From Malacoraja senta (taxonomy: Eukaryota), in the NCBI GenBank assembly GCA_038087875.1, contig JAXLNO010000575.1, forward strand, positions 62,001 to 126,000: a DNA stretch of 64,000 nucleotides, written 5' to 3'. A program made the translations under genes and the position numbers. The notes beneath the pieces are model-generated. The model had not been told where the DNA came from. It did no database searches and saw nothing but the letters and a program-made list of their open reading frames with translations. The first letter of the stretch is position 1; each line of letters opens with the position of its first letter. Below are positions 12,000 to 25,180 of this stretch, one piece after another.

Positions 12000-14520
12000 A
12001 TTCCAAATTACAAAACAGGAACATTTCGAAATTTGTTGACAAACCACATAAACTCTTAGCTCGTCAATTGAAAAAACAAGAAAAGGAAAACACTATCACT
12101 AAAATTAAATCAGAGAAAGGTGAATTACTAATATTACCTAACGATATTAATAATAGATTTGCTCAATTTTATCAAAATTTATATACATCGAAAACTAATA
12201 TAGAAGATAGTAAAATTATAAATTTTTTAGATAACTGTAATCTTCCAAAACTTGATGTTTCGGAACAAGAGGAATTAGGAGCTCAGATTACACTTGAAGA
12301 AATAGGTGAAACAATAAAATCGTTGAAAAATGGTAAGACGCCTGGACCAGATGGTTTTAGTAACGAATTTTATAAAAGATTTCACGAGATAACGGCTCCA
12401 CACTTACTTAATTTATGTACGCACGCCTTTAAAGAAAATAAACTACCAGAAACATTAGCTGAATCAACTATTACGCTTATACCAAAAAAAGATAAAGATT
12501 TAGATGAACCGGGCTCATATAGAGCTATATCACTTTTAAATACAAATCAGAAAATTTTAGCTAAGACTTTAGCAAGAAGATTGAGTAAATTCATTAGTAA
12601 ATTGATAAATCCTGATCAAACGGGGTTTATACCCAAAAGACATTCATTTAATAATTTGAGATGCCTGTTTAATATAATGTACTCGCATAAAACGGAGTAA
12701 GAAGATATATCAATTGTTTCTCTGGACGCAGAGAAAGCATTTGATCAGGTAGAGTGGCAGTATTTATATAAAGTACTGCAAAAATTTAACATGGGAGAGA
12801 ATTTTATTGTATGGGTAAAATTATTATATGATAAACCGACGGCAAGAATATTAACCAATAATATGTTATCTCCAAAATTTCAATTATCAAGGGGCAATAG
12901 GCAGGGATGTGCGTTATCACCTCTGCTATTTGCCCTTATGATAGAGCCCCTGGCTGAAAGTATAAGAATTCATCCGAATATTCAGGGATATAATACTATG
13001 GACAAATAATAAAATTTCATTATATGCAGACGATATACTTTTGTACATTACAAATTCACAAACGAGCATACCAAATTTATTAAATTTAATAGAGGAATTC
13101 GGTTCCTTTTCTGGATATAGAATAAATTGGAATAAAAGTGAAATTATGATGTTAAAACCTCAAGAATCTACACACCTATTAAAATTCCCCTTTAAAATCG
13201 CAACAGAAAAATTTAAGTATTTGGGTATTCAAATTACTAGAAAATATAAAGCAATATTTGATGCTAATTTTATGCCTTTATTAAATAAACTCAACGCATT
13301 GATTAAATTCTGGAAAACACTTCTGTTATCATTAATAGGTAGAATAAATGCTATAAAAATGATCTTTTTACCACAATTATTATAACTATTTCAATCTATA
13401 CCATTATATATATGAAATAAAAAATAAAAAAAATAGACTCTAATATTACTAATTTTATCTGGGACTATAGATCACACAGAATCCAAAGAAAACACTTGTG
13501 TAAACCAAAAGATGTTGGGGGACTTTCACTTCCGAACTTTTTGTATTATTATTGGGCAATGCATATTAAGAATATAATTTACTGGTTGGACAGTTCTATC
13601 CAACAGACAGAATGGATAAGAATGGAGAAAGAGGATTGTTCTCCTTGTAACATAGGAGCGATCCTATTCTCCCCGATAAAACTGAACAACACAATATATA
13701 AGAATAACCCAATTATACATGATACAATAAGAATTTGGAAACAAATAAAATTATCTTCAAAATTAAGAAACTTATCATTGTTAATGCCAATAGTGAATAA
13801 CCCTTTATTTAAACCATCTCTTATTGATAAAACATATAATCAATGGGAAAGAATGAGAATTAAAAGGATCGGTGATATGTATGAAATGGGAAATCTGTTA
13901 TCATTCCAACAATTACAATTAAAATTTAAACTGAAAAATAACCAATATTTTAAATATCTTCAGATTTGTGACTTCATGAAGAAATACATACAAAGATATC
14001 AAAACATAACTGGAAGAAGCAATGAATATTAAGGCTGACGCACAGAAATTAATATCATATTTATATAATAGTATCTTAAATATAGACCTGCCATCGACAG
14101 AGGCACTTAGAGAAGAGTGGGAACGAGAATTAATGATAACAATCACGAAGGAAACATGGGAAAAGTATTTGATATATATACACAAATGTTCGATTAATGT
14201 AAGACATAATTTAATTGAATTTAAAATTTTACATAGATTATATTATTCAAAAACTAGATTGAATAAATTCTATCCAAATACGTCCCCCATTTGTGATAAA
14301 TGTTTATCCCAAAATGCAACTATAACACACTCTTTTGTTTCCTGCATAAAACTTTATAAATTCTGGAGTGATATATTTGAAATATTTACAAAATTATTCA
14401 AGATAAAAATGGAACCTAATATTGAAATGATTATATTTGGAGTAATGGAATATGGGAATAAATTGAACCCATCTCAAAATGTATTTTTTAATTATGGGTT
14501 AATAACGGCAAAAAAACTAA
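12000..14520 (+). mobile_element. L1/Tx1-clade LINE copy B, central-to-3' ORF2 (degenerate, truncated at both ends)
   Basis: KTPGPDGFSNEFY, YRAISLLN, QTGFIPKR, RGNRQGCALSPLLF, YADD (~13023) and the CCHC-type CDKC...THSF..C motif. Confidence 0.92.
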
Positions 14521-14951
14521 AATGTTCATAATAATACTAACATGATATAACCGTGTTTGAAGGAGGGAGGAGCATCATACACTTGGAAAAGATCCAGATG
14601 CTTGGCTCTGTTTAACCCCTCGGAACTTGCTTGTACTTAAGATAAAGAATGGGATATAATGTAATAACTTCGGGTGGATCATGTATAATTTACATATGGT
14701 AAAGTTTAGAATAGATTCATGCTAGATAAATTGGAAATGCATATATACTTATAGAATTGAACATACGTTTTTTTTTTCCCCTCTCTTTCTGGTCTTTTCT
14801 GTTTTTATTTGCTCTGGTTGGATAAATTAAAAATATATATATATGAAACGGCCCGCATCCTTTCACGAGACTCTGTTAAGGGGACGGAGCTCAATGTACA
14901 ATAACAACAACGGAAGTCCACAAATTTTTCCCCACCTTAGTTGGCTTCTCG

Positions 14952-17900
14952 TTTTTTTATTTTTATTTTTTTTAATTTTTTATTAGAAGTACATTACATT
15001 ACAACCACATACATTAGTACTCGTCACTTATGTCTTCTTACATAAACTTGGAAAAAATCCAGGAATTAGGTTAACCTGCTTGTAGGGCAGCTGGCTAGAT
15101 AAATTGGTACGGTACAAATACTTATAGAAATGAGAATAGGTTGTGGTTTATATTTGGATTTGGGGTTTAATTACATTAATTTTTTTTTTTTAAACTCTTT
15201 AATATTTTATCTTTGCATATTTTAGTTATTATTATTATTATTATAAAAAAAATTTTGGTGGGGGGGCATTTTACTAACGCTAGTTTGATAAAGTTATACA
15301 AGAATAAACAAGATATGAGACGGTTTGTAGTTTTTTTACGAGGTGTTAATAAGGGATTGGGGCTCACTGTAAAATAACATCAACGGAAGTCTATAATTCT
15401 TAGGCCACCTTAGGTGGCTATTTGTCTTTAAGGTACCTGCTTTTAGATACCTTAATTTCACTTTATTTTTAAAATCACTATACAAATTTGTATTTACTTA
15501 GTTTGTGTTTAATTAATTGTAAATCACAACTTTTCTTGCTTTATCTAAGGCACTTTTGGAGATGGAGATGTAATGTAAACTTAAAAATTTGGAATGACCA
15601 CCCAACGTCCAGAACACGGAGGTATTTGTTTGCACCATATGTTTCAAGAACATCACTTTGATATACAATGCAAGACGATAGGCAAATAAAGAATGGAGGA
15701 ATCACATTCTGTAGTTGGAATATAAGGGGTGCCAATGAACCAATAAAGAGGGGTAAAATTTTTGCTCACCTAAAATCTTTGAAAAGCGACATAATTTACT
15801 TGCAAGAAACTCACATGAAACAGGAAACACAAATGAGATTAAAGGCGAAGTGGATAGGCCAAACATATTATTCGTCATTTACTTCTAAATCTAGAGGTAC
15901 GGCTATTCTTATTCGAAAAGGTATACCGTTCAAATTAAAGAATACTATATCAGATAAAGAGGGAAGGTATATCATAGTTTCGGGAGAAATTTATGCTACC
16001 CCAATAACTATGGTAAATATTTACGCTCCGAATTTTGATAACCCTCAATTCTTTGAGAAAATTATAGATATAATACTGGAGTTTAATTATCAAAATGTCA
16101 TAATAGGAGGGGATTTCAACTGTGTTTTAGATCCATACTTAGACAAATCAGCAAAACAAAGAAGGAGTAATACAAAATCTAAGACTAGTGAATTTCTAAA
16201 TACATATATAAAAAATACTAACATAACAGATGTATGGAGATCTGCTAACCCAGCAGGAAGGGAATACTCGTTTTACTCTTCGGTACATAAAACATACTCA
16301 AGAATTGATTATTTTTTAGTGGATAGGAAATTAATGCCATATATAATTAACCCAACTTACCATATTAGTAGTATTTCTGATCACTCTCCATTGACTTTAT
16401 TAGTAAAATTTGAAGGAATGCCGGGAAAGAATTTTTTTTGGAGGTTTAACACATATATATTAAATGACTTACAGGGTTATCAATATTTGAAACAACAAAT
16501 GATATCATTTTTTTAGATAAATGATACACCAGGTACCTCACCTTCTTTAATATGGGAAACTTTTAAAGCATTTATTAGAGGAATTATAATTTCATATGAA
16601 ATTTTTCAAAATAAGAATAAAACAGAACAGATGCTGTTAGAACAAGAAATAAGACAGTTAGAGTTAGATAATGCTAAAGATCCCACTATAGATAAGCATA
16701 ATAAGATAATACTACTGAAATTTAAACTTAACCGAATTCTCTCGGCAAGAGTAATAAGATTATTCCAAATTACAAAACAGGAACATTTTGAGTTTGGTGA
16801 CAAACCACATAAGCTGTTGGCGCGTCAATTGAAAAAACAGGAAAAGGAAAATACTATAAATAAAATTAAATCCGAGAATGGTGAATTACTAACACTACCT
16901 AAAGATATCAATAAAAGATTTGTTCAATTTTATCAAAATTTATACACATCAAAAACCAAAACAGAAGATAGTAAAATTACAAACTTTTTAGATAAATGTA
17001 ATCTACCAAAACATGACCTTTTGGAACAAGAAGAACTAGGAGCGCAAATTACAATCGAAGAAATAGGTCAAACAATAAAATCGCTGAAAAATGGTAAGAC
17101 ACCGGGACCAGATGGTTTTAGTAATGAATTTTATAAAAAGTTTCATGAGATAACGACCCCCTATCTATTTAATTTATATACTTACGTTTTTAAAGAAAAT
17201 AAATTACCTGAAACATTAGCAGAATCAACTATTACGCTTATTCCAAAGAAAGATAAAGATCTAGAGGAACCGGGCTCATATAGAGCTATATCATTTTTAA
17301 ATACAGACCAGAAAATTCTAGCAAAGACTTTAGCTAGAAGACTAAGCAAATATATTAGTAAATTGATAAACCCTGATCAAACGGGGTTTATACCCAAAAT
17401 GATATTCATTTAATAATTTGAGACGCCTGTTTAATATAATGTACTCACATAAAACGGAGGAAAAAGACTTAGCAATTATTTCTTTGGACGCAGAGAAAGC
17501 ATTTGATCAGGCAGAATGGCAGTATTTATACATAGTATTACAAAAATTTAATATGGGAGAGAATTTTATTGCATGGGTGAAATTATTATATGATAAACCG
17601 ATGGCAAGAATATTAACTAACAGCATGTTATCTCAAAAATTTCAATTATCAAGGGGTAATAGGCAGGGATGTGCTTTATCACCCCTGTATTTGCCCTTAT
17701 GATAGAACCTCTGGCTGAAAGTATAAGAAGCCATCCGAATATTCAGGGTTATAATACTAGGGACTCAATAAAATTTCATTGTATGCAGACGATATTTTGC
17801 TATATATAACAAATTCACAAACGTGCATACCAAATTTATTAAATTTAATAGAGGAATTTGGGTCCTTTTCTGGATATAGAATAAACTGGAACAAAAGTGA

Positions 17901-20900
17901 AATTATGACGTTAAAACCTCAAGAATCCACACACTTATTGAAATTCCCCTTTAAAATAGCAACAGAAAAATTCAAATATTTGGGTATTCAGATTACTAGA
18001 AAACATAAAGCTTTATTCAATGCCAATTTTATACCCTTAATAAATAAACTTAGTATAATGATAAAATTGTGGAAAACACTCCCTTTATCATTAATAGGCA
18101 GAATAAATGCTATTAAAATGAGCTTCCTACCACAGTTATTATACCTATTTCAATCTATACCAGTATATGTACCAAAATATTTTTTTTCTAAACTGAACGC
18201 TAATATTACTAATTTTGTTTGGGATTATAAATCACATAGAATTAAAAAAGAACACTTATGTAAACCAAAAGATGTCGGGGGACTTTCACTCCCTAATTTT
18301 TTGTATTACTATTGGGCAATACATATTAAGAATATAATTTACTGGTTGGATAGTTCAACTCAACAGACAGAATGGATAAAAATGGAGAAAGAGGATTGTT
18401 ATCCTTGTAATATAGGAACAATCCTCTTCTCCCCGAAAAAAATGAACAATACAATATATAAGAAAAACCCAATTATACAAGATACAATAAGAATATGGAA
18501 ACAAATAAAATTATCCTTAAAATTAAGAAAACTATCATTGTTAACACCGATAGCGAATAATCCTTTATTTAAACCATCTATGATGGATAAAATATATAAT
18601 CAATGGGAAAGTTTAGGAATTAAAAAGATCGGGGACATGTATGAAATGGGAGATTTATTATCATTTCAACAATTACAATTAAAATTTAAACTGAAAAACA
18701 CTAATTATTTTAAATATTTTCAGATTTGTAATTTTTTGAAGACATACATACAGGGATATCAAAAAATAACTCCTGATTTACTAGAAGAAGTAATGAATAT
18801 AAAAGCTGATACACAAAAATTAATATCATATTTATATAATAGTATCTTAAATATAGATTTACCTGTGACCGAGGTAATTAGAGAAGAGTGGGAACGGGAA
18901 TTATTGATAAAAATTACGAAGGCTACATGGGAAAAGTATTTGACATACATTCACAAGTGTTCGATTAACGCAAGACATAACCTAATCCAATTAAAAATTT
19001 TACATAGATTATATTACTCAAAAACAAGATTAAATAAATTTTATCCAAATATATCGCCCATTTGCGATAAATATTTAACCCAAAACGCAACTATAACACA
19101 CTCATGGATTTTGGAGTGATATTTTCGAAATATTTACAAAATTATTTAAGACAAAAATGGAACCCAATAATGAATTGATTATATTTGGGGTAATGGAAGA
19201 CGGGAACAAATTGAGCTCATCTCAAAATTTTTAATTATGGTTTAATAATAGCAAAACAATTATTATTGAAATTTTGGAAAAATACACCAATACCAACGCT
19301 CAAAATGTGGATTGCAAGTATGTTGGATACCGCACATCTTGAGGAAATGCGATTCCTCCTAATAGATAAATTTGACCAATTCATAATGAGTTGGTCTCCA
19401 TTTGTCGTCTTTTTGGAAACATATGGTGCAAAACAGGTGTAAAAGCTAATCCGTGACTGCGGATGGTCAAGATTATAAATGATCTTCTATTTTCTTTTCT
19501 TCTCTTCTCTTCTTTTATTCTCTTTCTTCTATTTACTATGTCTCAACTTTCTTTTTTCATTCTTTATTTTTCTTTTTCACACACTATATATCTCACATTT
19601 TTCTATTTTTCATTATCTAACTTTTTTCTTTTTCTTCTTTATTTCAAATTTTTTTTTAAATAAGAAGCTGTACATAAAAGGGATTATGAAAATATGATTG
19701 TATACAATTGTACTTACTTCTAATAAAATAAAAATATTAAAAAAAAAAAAAAAAACGTCTTCTTACAATTAATGTACTCCATTTATTTTTTACACGAGTA
19801 AAAGGAAAAGATTGAAAGAAAGAAGAAAGTGAAGGAAAAAGTGAGAGTGTAGAAAATGTGACAACAAAAAAGGACGAAGACCCTATAAGAACAAAATTAA
19901 AAACAAAAGAAAAAGAGTTAAGAAATAGACCCTAGAAAAGAAGGAGAAAGAGAAAGAGGAAAAAGAGAGAAGCAAATATTTTTTATGAGCATTACGCAAA
20001 TGGGACATACCAACTCTTCAACTATCATCACTCTTTACCTGACCTCAAATTTTTTTTTTAAGGTACCTTTGCACCCTATATTTGTAATAATTCTATAAAT
20101 GCAGACCACGTCAGGTGGAAGTGATCTGGTTTACCTGCTAGGAGGAGTCTTATCTCTTCTAGGTGTAATGTTTCGAACATATTTGAAATCCACATGTTTA
20201 TAGTTGGTATTGGAGCCTTCTTCCAAAATTTTAGAATTAGCTTTTTTCCAGTTATTAACCCATAGTCTATTAGTTTCTTTTGAAACACATTTAGTTCTGG
20301 ACCATCTTCCGTTATTCCGAAGATAATCCATTCTGCTTTGGGTATCAATCTTATTTTAAATAATTTTGTAAAGATTTCGAAAATTTCATTCCAAAATTTT
20401 TGAATTTTTGTACAGAAAACGAATGAGTGCGCTATAGTAGCTTCTTGGGATTGACATTTATCACAAATAGATGATACATTTGGGGAAATTTTATGAATTT
20501 TAGTTTTCGAATAATATAATCTATGTAAAATTTTAAATTGTATTAGAGTGTGTCTTACATTAATCGAACATTTATGCACGTTTAATAAGTGTTCATTCCA
20601 ACTTTCCTTTGAAATTTTAATAGCTAACTCTTGTTCCCAGTCTCTTCTGATACCCTCCGTAGATGGTATTTGTACATTTAAGATAATATTATACAAATAT
20701 GATATTAAGTTTGCTGATTCAGCTTTTATCTGCATTGCCTCATCCAATACATCTGCTAGGTTATTATAGTGATCTTTTGTATATTTTTTCAAATAGTCGC
20801 ATATTTGAAAATATTTAAAATATTGATTATTTCCGAGTTTATATTTTATTTGTAATTGTTGAAATGAAAGTAATTTTCCAGTTTCATACAAGTCACCGAG

Positions 20901-23108
20901 CGTTTTAATTCCTAGTCCATCCAAATGTGTAAAAGCTTTATCTATAATAGAGGGATTAAACAAAGGGTTATTAACTATGGGTAATAAAAGTGATAAATTT
21001 CTTAATTTTAAATTTTGTTTTATTTGTTTCCAAATTCGGATTGTACTATGAATAATTGGGTTCTTATTATAATTTATATTATTCAGTTTCATTGGAGAGA
21101 GGAGGATCGCTCCAATGTTTCCACAGGAGCAATCCTCTTTCTCCATTACAATCCAGTCCACTTGCTGGGCGGAGTTATCCATCAGTTGAATCATATTTTT
21201 AATATTTACTGACCAATAATAATACATAAAATTAGGTAGTGCTAAACCCCCTAATACTTTAGGTTTATTCAGATGAGTTTTTTGTATTCTATGTGATTTA
21301 TAGTCCCATATAAAATTAGTGATATCTGAGTCGAGTTTTTTTAAAAACTTCTTTGGTAAGTATATAGGAATCGATTGAAATAGGTATAAAATTTGTGGTA
21401 GAAAGATCATTTTTATTGCATTTATTCGGCCTATTAAAGACATCGGGAACGTTTTCCAGAATTTAATTAGTGTGTTTAATTTATTAAGTAGGGGATCAAA
21501 ATTTGCCTTAAACATACCTTGGTATGTTCTAGTAATTTCGATTCCCAAGTATTTAAATTTTTCTGTAGCTATTTTAAAAGGGAATTTTAAAAGATGTGTT
21601 GAATCTTTCGGTTTTATTGACATAATTTCACTTTTATTCCAATTTATTCTATATCCAGAAAAAGATCCAAAGTCTTCAATTAAATTTAATATATTTGGTA
21701 TAGTGATTTTAGGTTTTGTAATGTACAGTAATATATCATCCGCGTATAAAGATATTTTATTATATGAGTCTTTAGTATTATATCCATGGATATCAGGGTG
21801 TATTCTAATTTTTTCTGCTAGCGGTTCAATAATGAGAGCAAACAGCTGTGGTGATAATGAGCATCCTTGTCTATTTCCCCTTGATAGTTGGAATTTCGAG
21901 GATAATATGTTATTAGTTAGTATTCTAGCTGTAGGTTTGTTATATAGTAACTTGATCCATAGAATAAAATTCTCTCCCAGTTGGAATATTTGTAATACTT
22001 TATCCATATAATTCCATTCTACTTGATCAAATGCTTTTTCAGCATCCAGCGAAATAATTGATAATTCTTGATCTTCAGATTTGTGTGAGTGCATTATGTT
22101 GAGTAAACGTCTCATATTGTTAGATGAGTATCTCTTAGGGATAAACCCCGTCTGATCTGGGTTTATTAATTTACTAATGTATTTACTTAATCTTCTAGCT
22201 AATGTTTTCGCTAATACTTTTTGATCTGTGTTTAACAATGCTATAGCTCTATATGAACCCGGTTCTTCTAAATCTTTGTCTTTCTTAGGTATTAGTGTAA
22301 TCGTTGATTCCGCTAATGTATCAGGTAGTATTTGTTTTTTAAAAGCATATTGGTACATTTTTTGTAATCTTGGTATTATTTTATCATAAAAGCTTTTATA
22401 AAATTCATTAGTAAATCCATCAGGGCCTGGTGTTTTTCCATTCTTTAGTGAGTTTATTGTATCTTCTAATTCCTTAATTGAAATTTGTGCACCCAATTCC
22501 TCTTGTTCCTTCAGCTCTAACTTTGGAAGATTACAATTATCCAAAAACTTTGTGATATTATTGGAATCAATTGTCGTTTTAGATGTATACAAATTCTCAT
22601 AAAATTGCGCAAATCTTTTATTAATATCCTTCGGTGTTGTTAATAATTCCCCTTTATCTGATTTAATCTTTGGTATAGTATGTTCCTTTTCTCGTTTTTT
22701 TAGCTGGCGAGCCAAAAGTTTATGCGGTTTATCCCCAAATTCAAAGTGCTCTTGTTTTGTAATTTGAAAAAGTCTTATAAGTTTGGCAGATAATAATTTA
22801 TTTAATTTAAATTTCAAAATTATTATTTTATTATGTTTATCTATTGATGGATCTTTAGCATTATCTATATCCATTTGTCTAATAAGTTCTTCTAACTGTC
22901 TTTGTTCATTCTTATTCTTTTTATTTTGAAAAGCTTGATATGAAATTATAATACCCCTAATGTATGCTTTAAAAGATTCCCATAATACAGTAGACGATAT
23001 ATCTGGAGTATCATTTATTTGGAAAAAGGCCTCCATTTGTTCTTTTAAATATATACTCACTTGTGGATCTTTTAGAATTTGAGAATTAAATCTCCAAAAC
23101 GATTTTTT
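14952..23108 (-). mobile_element. L1 copy D (5'-truncated just after the endonuclease; ~1000-aa uninterrupted RT/CCHC ORF); 3'UTR split by copy C
   Basis: ORF 20076..23162 is open from KKSFWRFN to the stop. 3'UTR at 19756-20075 continues at 15042-14975; polyA (T-run on +) at 14952-14982. Confidence 0.88.
15043..19754 (+). mobile_element. L1 copy C (spacer, full-length but frameshifted ORF2 15668-19441, 3'UTR, polyA) with 13-bp TSD
   Basis: APE domain ITFCSWNIRG..LQETH..GGDFN..SRIDY..SDH; RT YADD; polyA 19739-19755. TSD atgtcttcttaca (15030-15042) / acgtcttcttaca (19755-19767). Confidence 0.9.
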
Positions 23109-25180
23109 AAGATATCTTCTCTTAGATACCTTAACATCACCTTTTTTTTCAATCACTATCAAGACTCTTATTTGTTATTTTTTTAAATTAATTTCACATT
23201 CTTTCTTTTTTTTCATATTAAGCTATAATAGAGGAAGGAGATGTAACCTAAATTTAAAAGTTCGGGATGACCACCCAACACCCAGAGTTCTGAGGTATTT
23301 GGTTGCACCATATGAATCAAAAATACTAAACTGATCTATAATGCAAGATGATAGACAAATAAAGAACAGAGGAATTACATTCTGCAGTTGGAATATAAGG
23401 GGTGCCAATGAACCAATTAAGAGGGGCAAGATTTTTGCCCAATTAAAATCATTAAATTCTGACATAACGTTTTTGCAGGAAACACATATGAAACAACAAA
23501 CAGATGAAATTGAAGGCAAACTGGATAGGTCAAACATATTATTCTTCATTTACTTCTAAATCTAGAGGTATGGCTATTATCATTCGGAAAGCTATACCAT
23601 TTAAATTAAAGAATACTATATCAGATAAAGAGGGAAGGTATATTATAGTTTCGGGAGAAATTTATTCCACCCCACTGACTATGATAAATATTTACGCTCC
23701 GAATTTTGATAACCCCCAATTTTTAAATAAAATTATGGATATAATATCAGAGTTTAATTACCAAAATGTAATAATAGGGGGGGACTTCAATTGTGCTTTA
23801 GACCGTTATTTAGACAAATCAGTAAAACAAAGGAGGGGTAACTTAAAATCTAAGACTAGTGAACTTCTAAATACATATATAAAAAATACTAATATAACAG
23901 ATGTATGGAGAACTGCTAACCCAACTGGAAGGGAATATTCGTTTTACTCATCGGTAAATAAAACTTATTCACGAATTGATTATTTCTTAGTGGATACAAA
24001 ATTTTATTCCATATACAATCAATCCTAAATACCACAATAGTATTATTTCTGATCATTCCCCGTTGACTTTTCTATTAAAATTTGAGGGAATGCCGGGTAA
24101 AAAATCTTTCTGGAGGTTTAACACACAAATCTTAAACAACCCACAAAGTTATAAATATTTAAAACAACAAATGAAATTTTTTTTTGAGACAAATGAAACA
24201 CCAGGTATTTCACCTTCTTTATGATGGGAAACTTTCAAGGCGTTTATCAGAGGAGTTATAATCTCATATCAAATCTTCCAAAGACAGAACAACTGATGTT
24301 AGAACAAGAAATTAGACAATTAGAGTTAGATAATGCCAAAGATCCAACTACAGATAAACATAATAAGATAATACTATTGAAATTTAAACTTAATCAAATT
24401 TTATCGGCAAGAGTAGTAAGATTATTCCAAATTACAAAACAGGAACATTTTGAATTTGGTGATAAGCCACATAAACTCTTAGCTCGTCAATTGAAAAAAC
24501 AAGAAAAGGAAAATACTATCACTAAAATGAAATCAGAGAAAGGTGAATTACTAACATTACCTAAGGATATTAACAAAAGATTTGCTCAATTTTATCAAAA
24601 TCTATATACATCTAAAACTAATATAGAAGATAGTAAAATTATAAATTTTTTAGATAACTGTAATCTTCCAAAACTTGATCTCTCGGAACAAGAGGAATTG
24701 GGAGCTCAGATTACACTTGAAGAAATAGGAGAAACAATAAAATCGTTGAAAAATGGTAAGACACCTGGACCAGATGGTTTTAGTAATGAATTTTATAAAA
24801 GATTTCACGAGATAACGGCTCCACGTTTACTTAAATTATATACTCACGCCTTTAAAGAAAATAAACTACCAGAAACAGTAGCTGAATCAACTATTACGCT
24901 TATACCAAAATAAGATAAAGATTTAGAAGAACTGGGCTCATATCGAGCTATATCACTTTTAAATACAGATCAGAAAATTTTAGCAAAGACTTTAGCAAGA
25001 AGATTGAGTAAATACATTAGTAAATTGATAAATCCAGATCAAACGGGGTTTATACCCAAAAGACATTCATTTAATAATTTGAGACGCCTGTTTAATATAA
25101 TGTACTCACATAAAATGGAGGAAGAAGATATATCAATTGTTTCTCTGGACGCAGAGAAAGCATTTGATCAGGTAGAGTGG

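Noticed and set aside
21472..22011. Antisense ORFs over L1, L2 and CXCR coding regions
   Set aside because: Shadow ORFs of real coding frames with no independent motifs
23100..24110. Head-to-head L1 junction as a second twin-priming inversion
   Set aside because: The plus-strand L1 continues through its own RT, differs in subfamily and rejoins 14525-14950, so nested insertion explains it better
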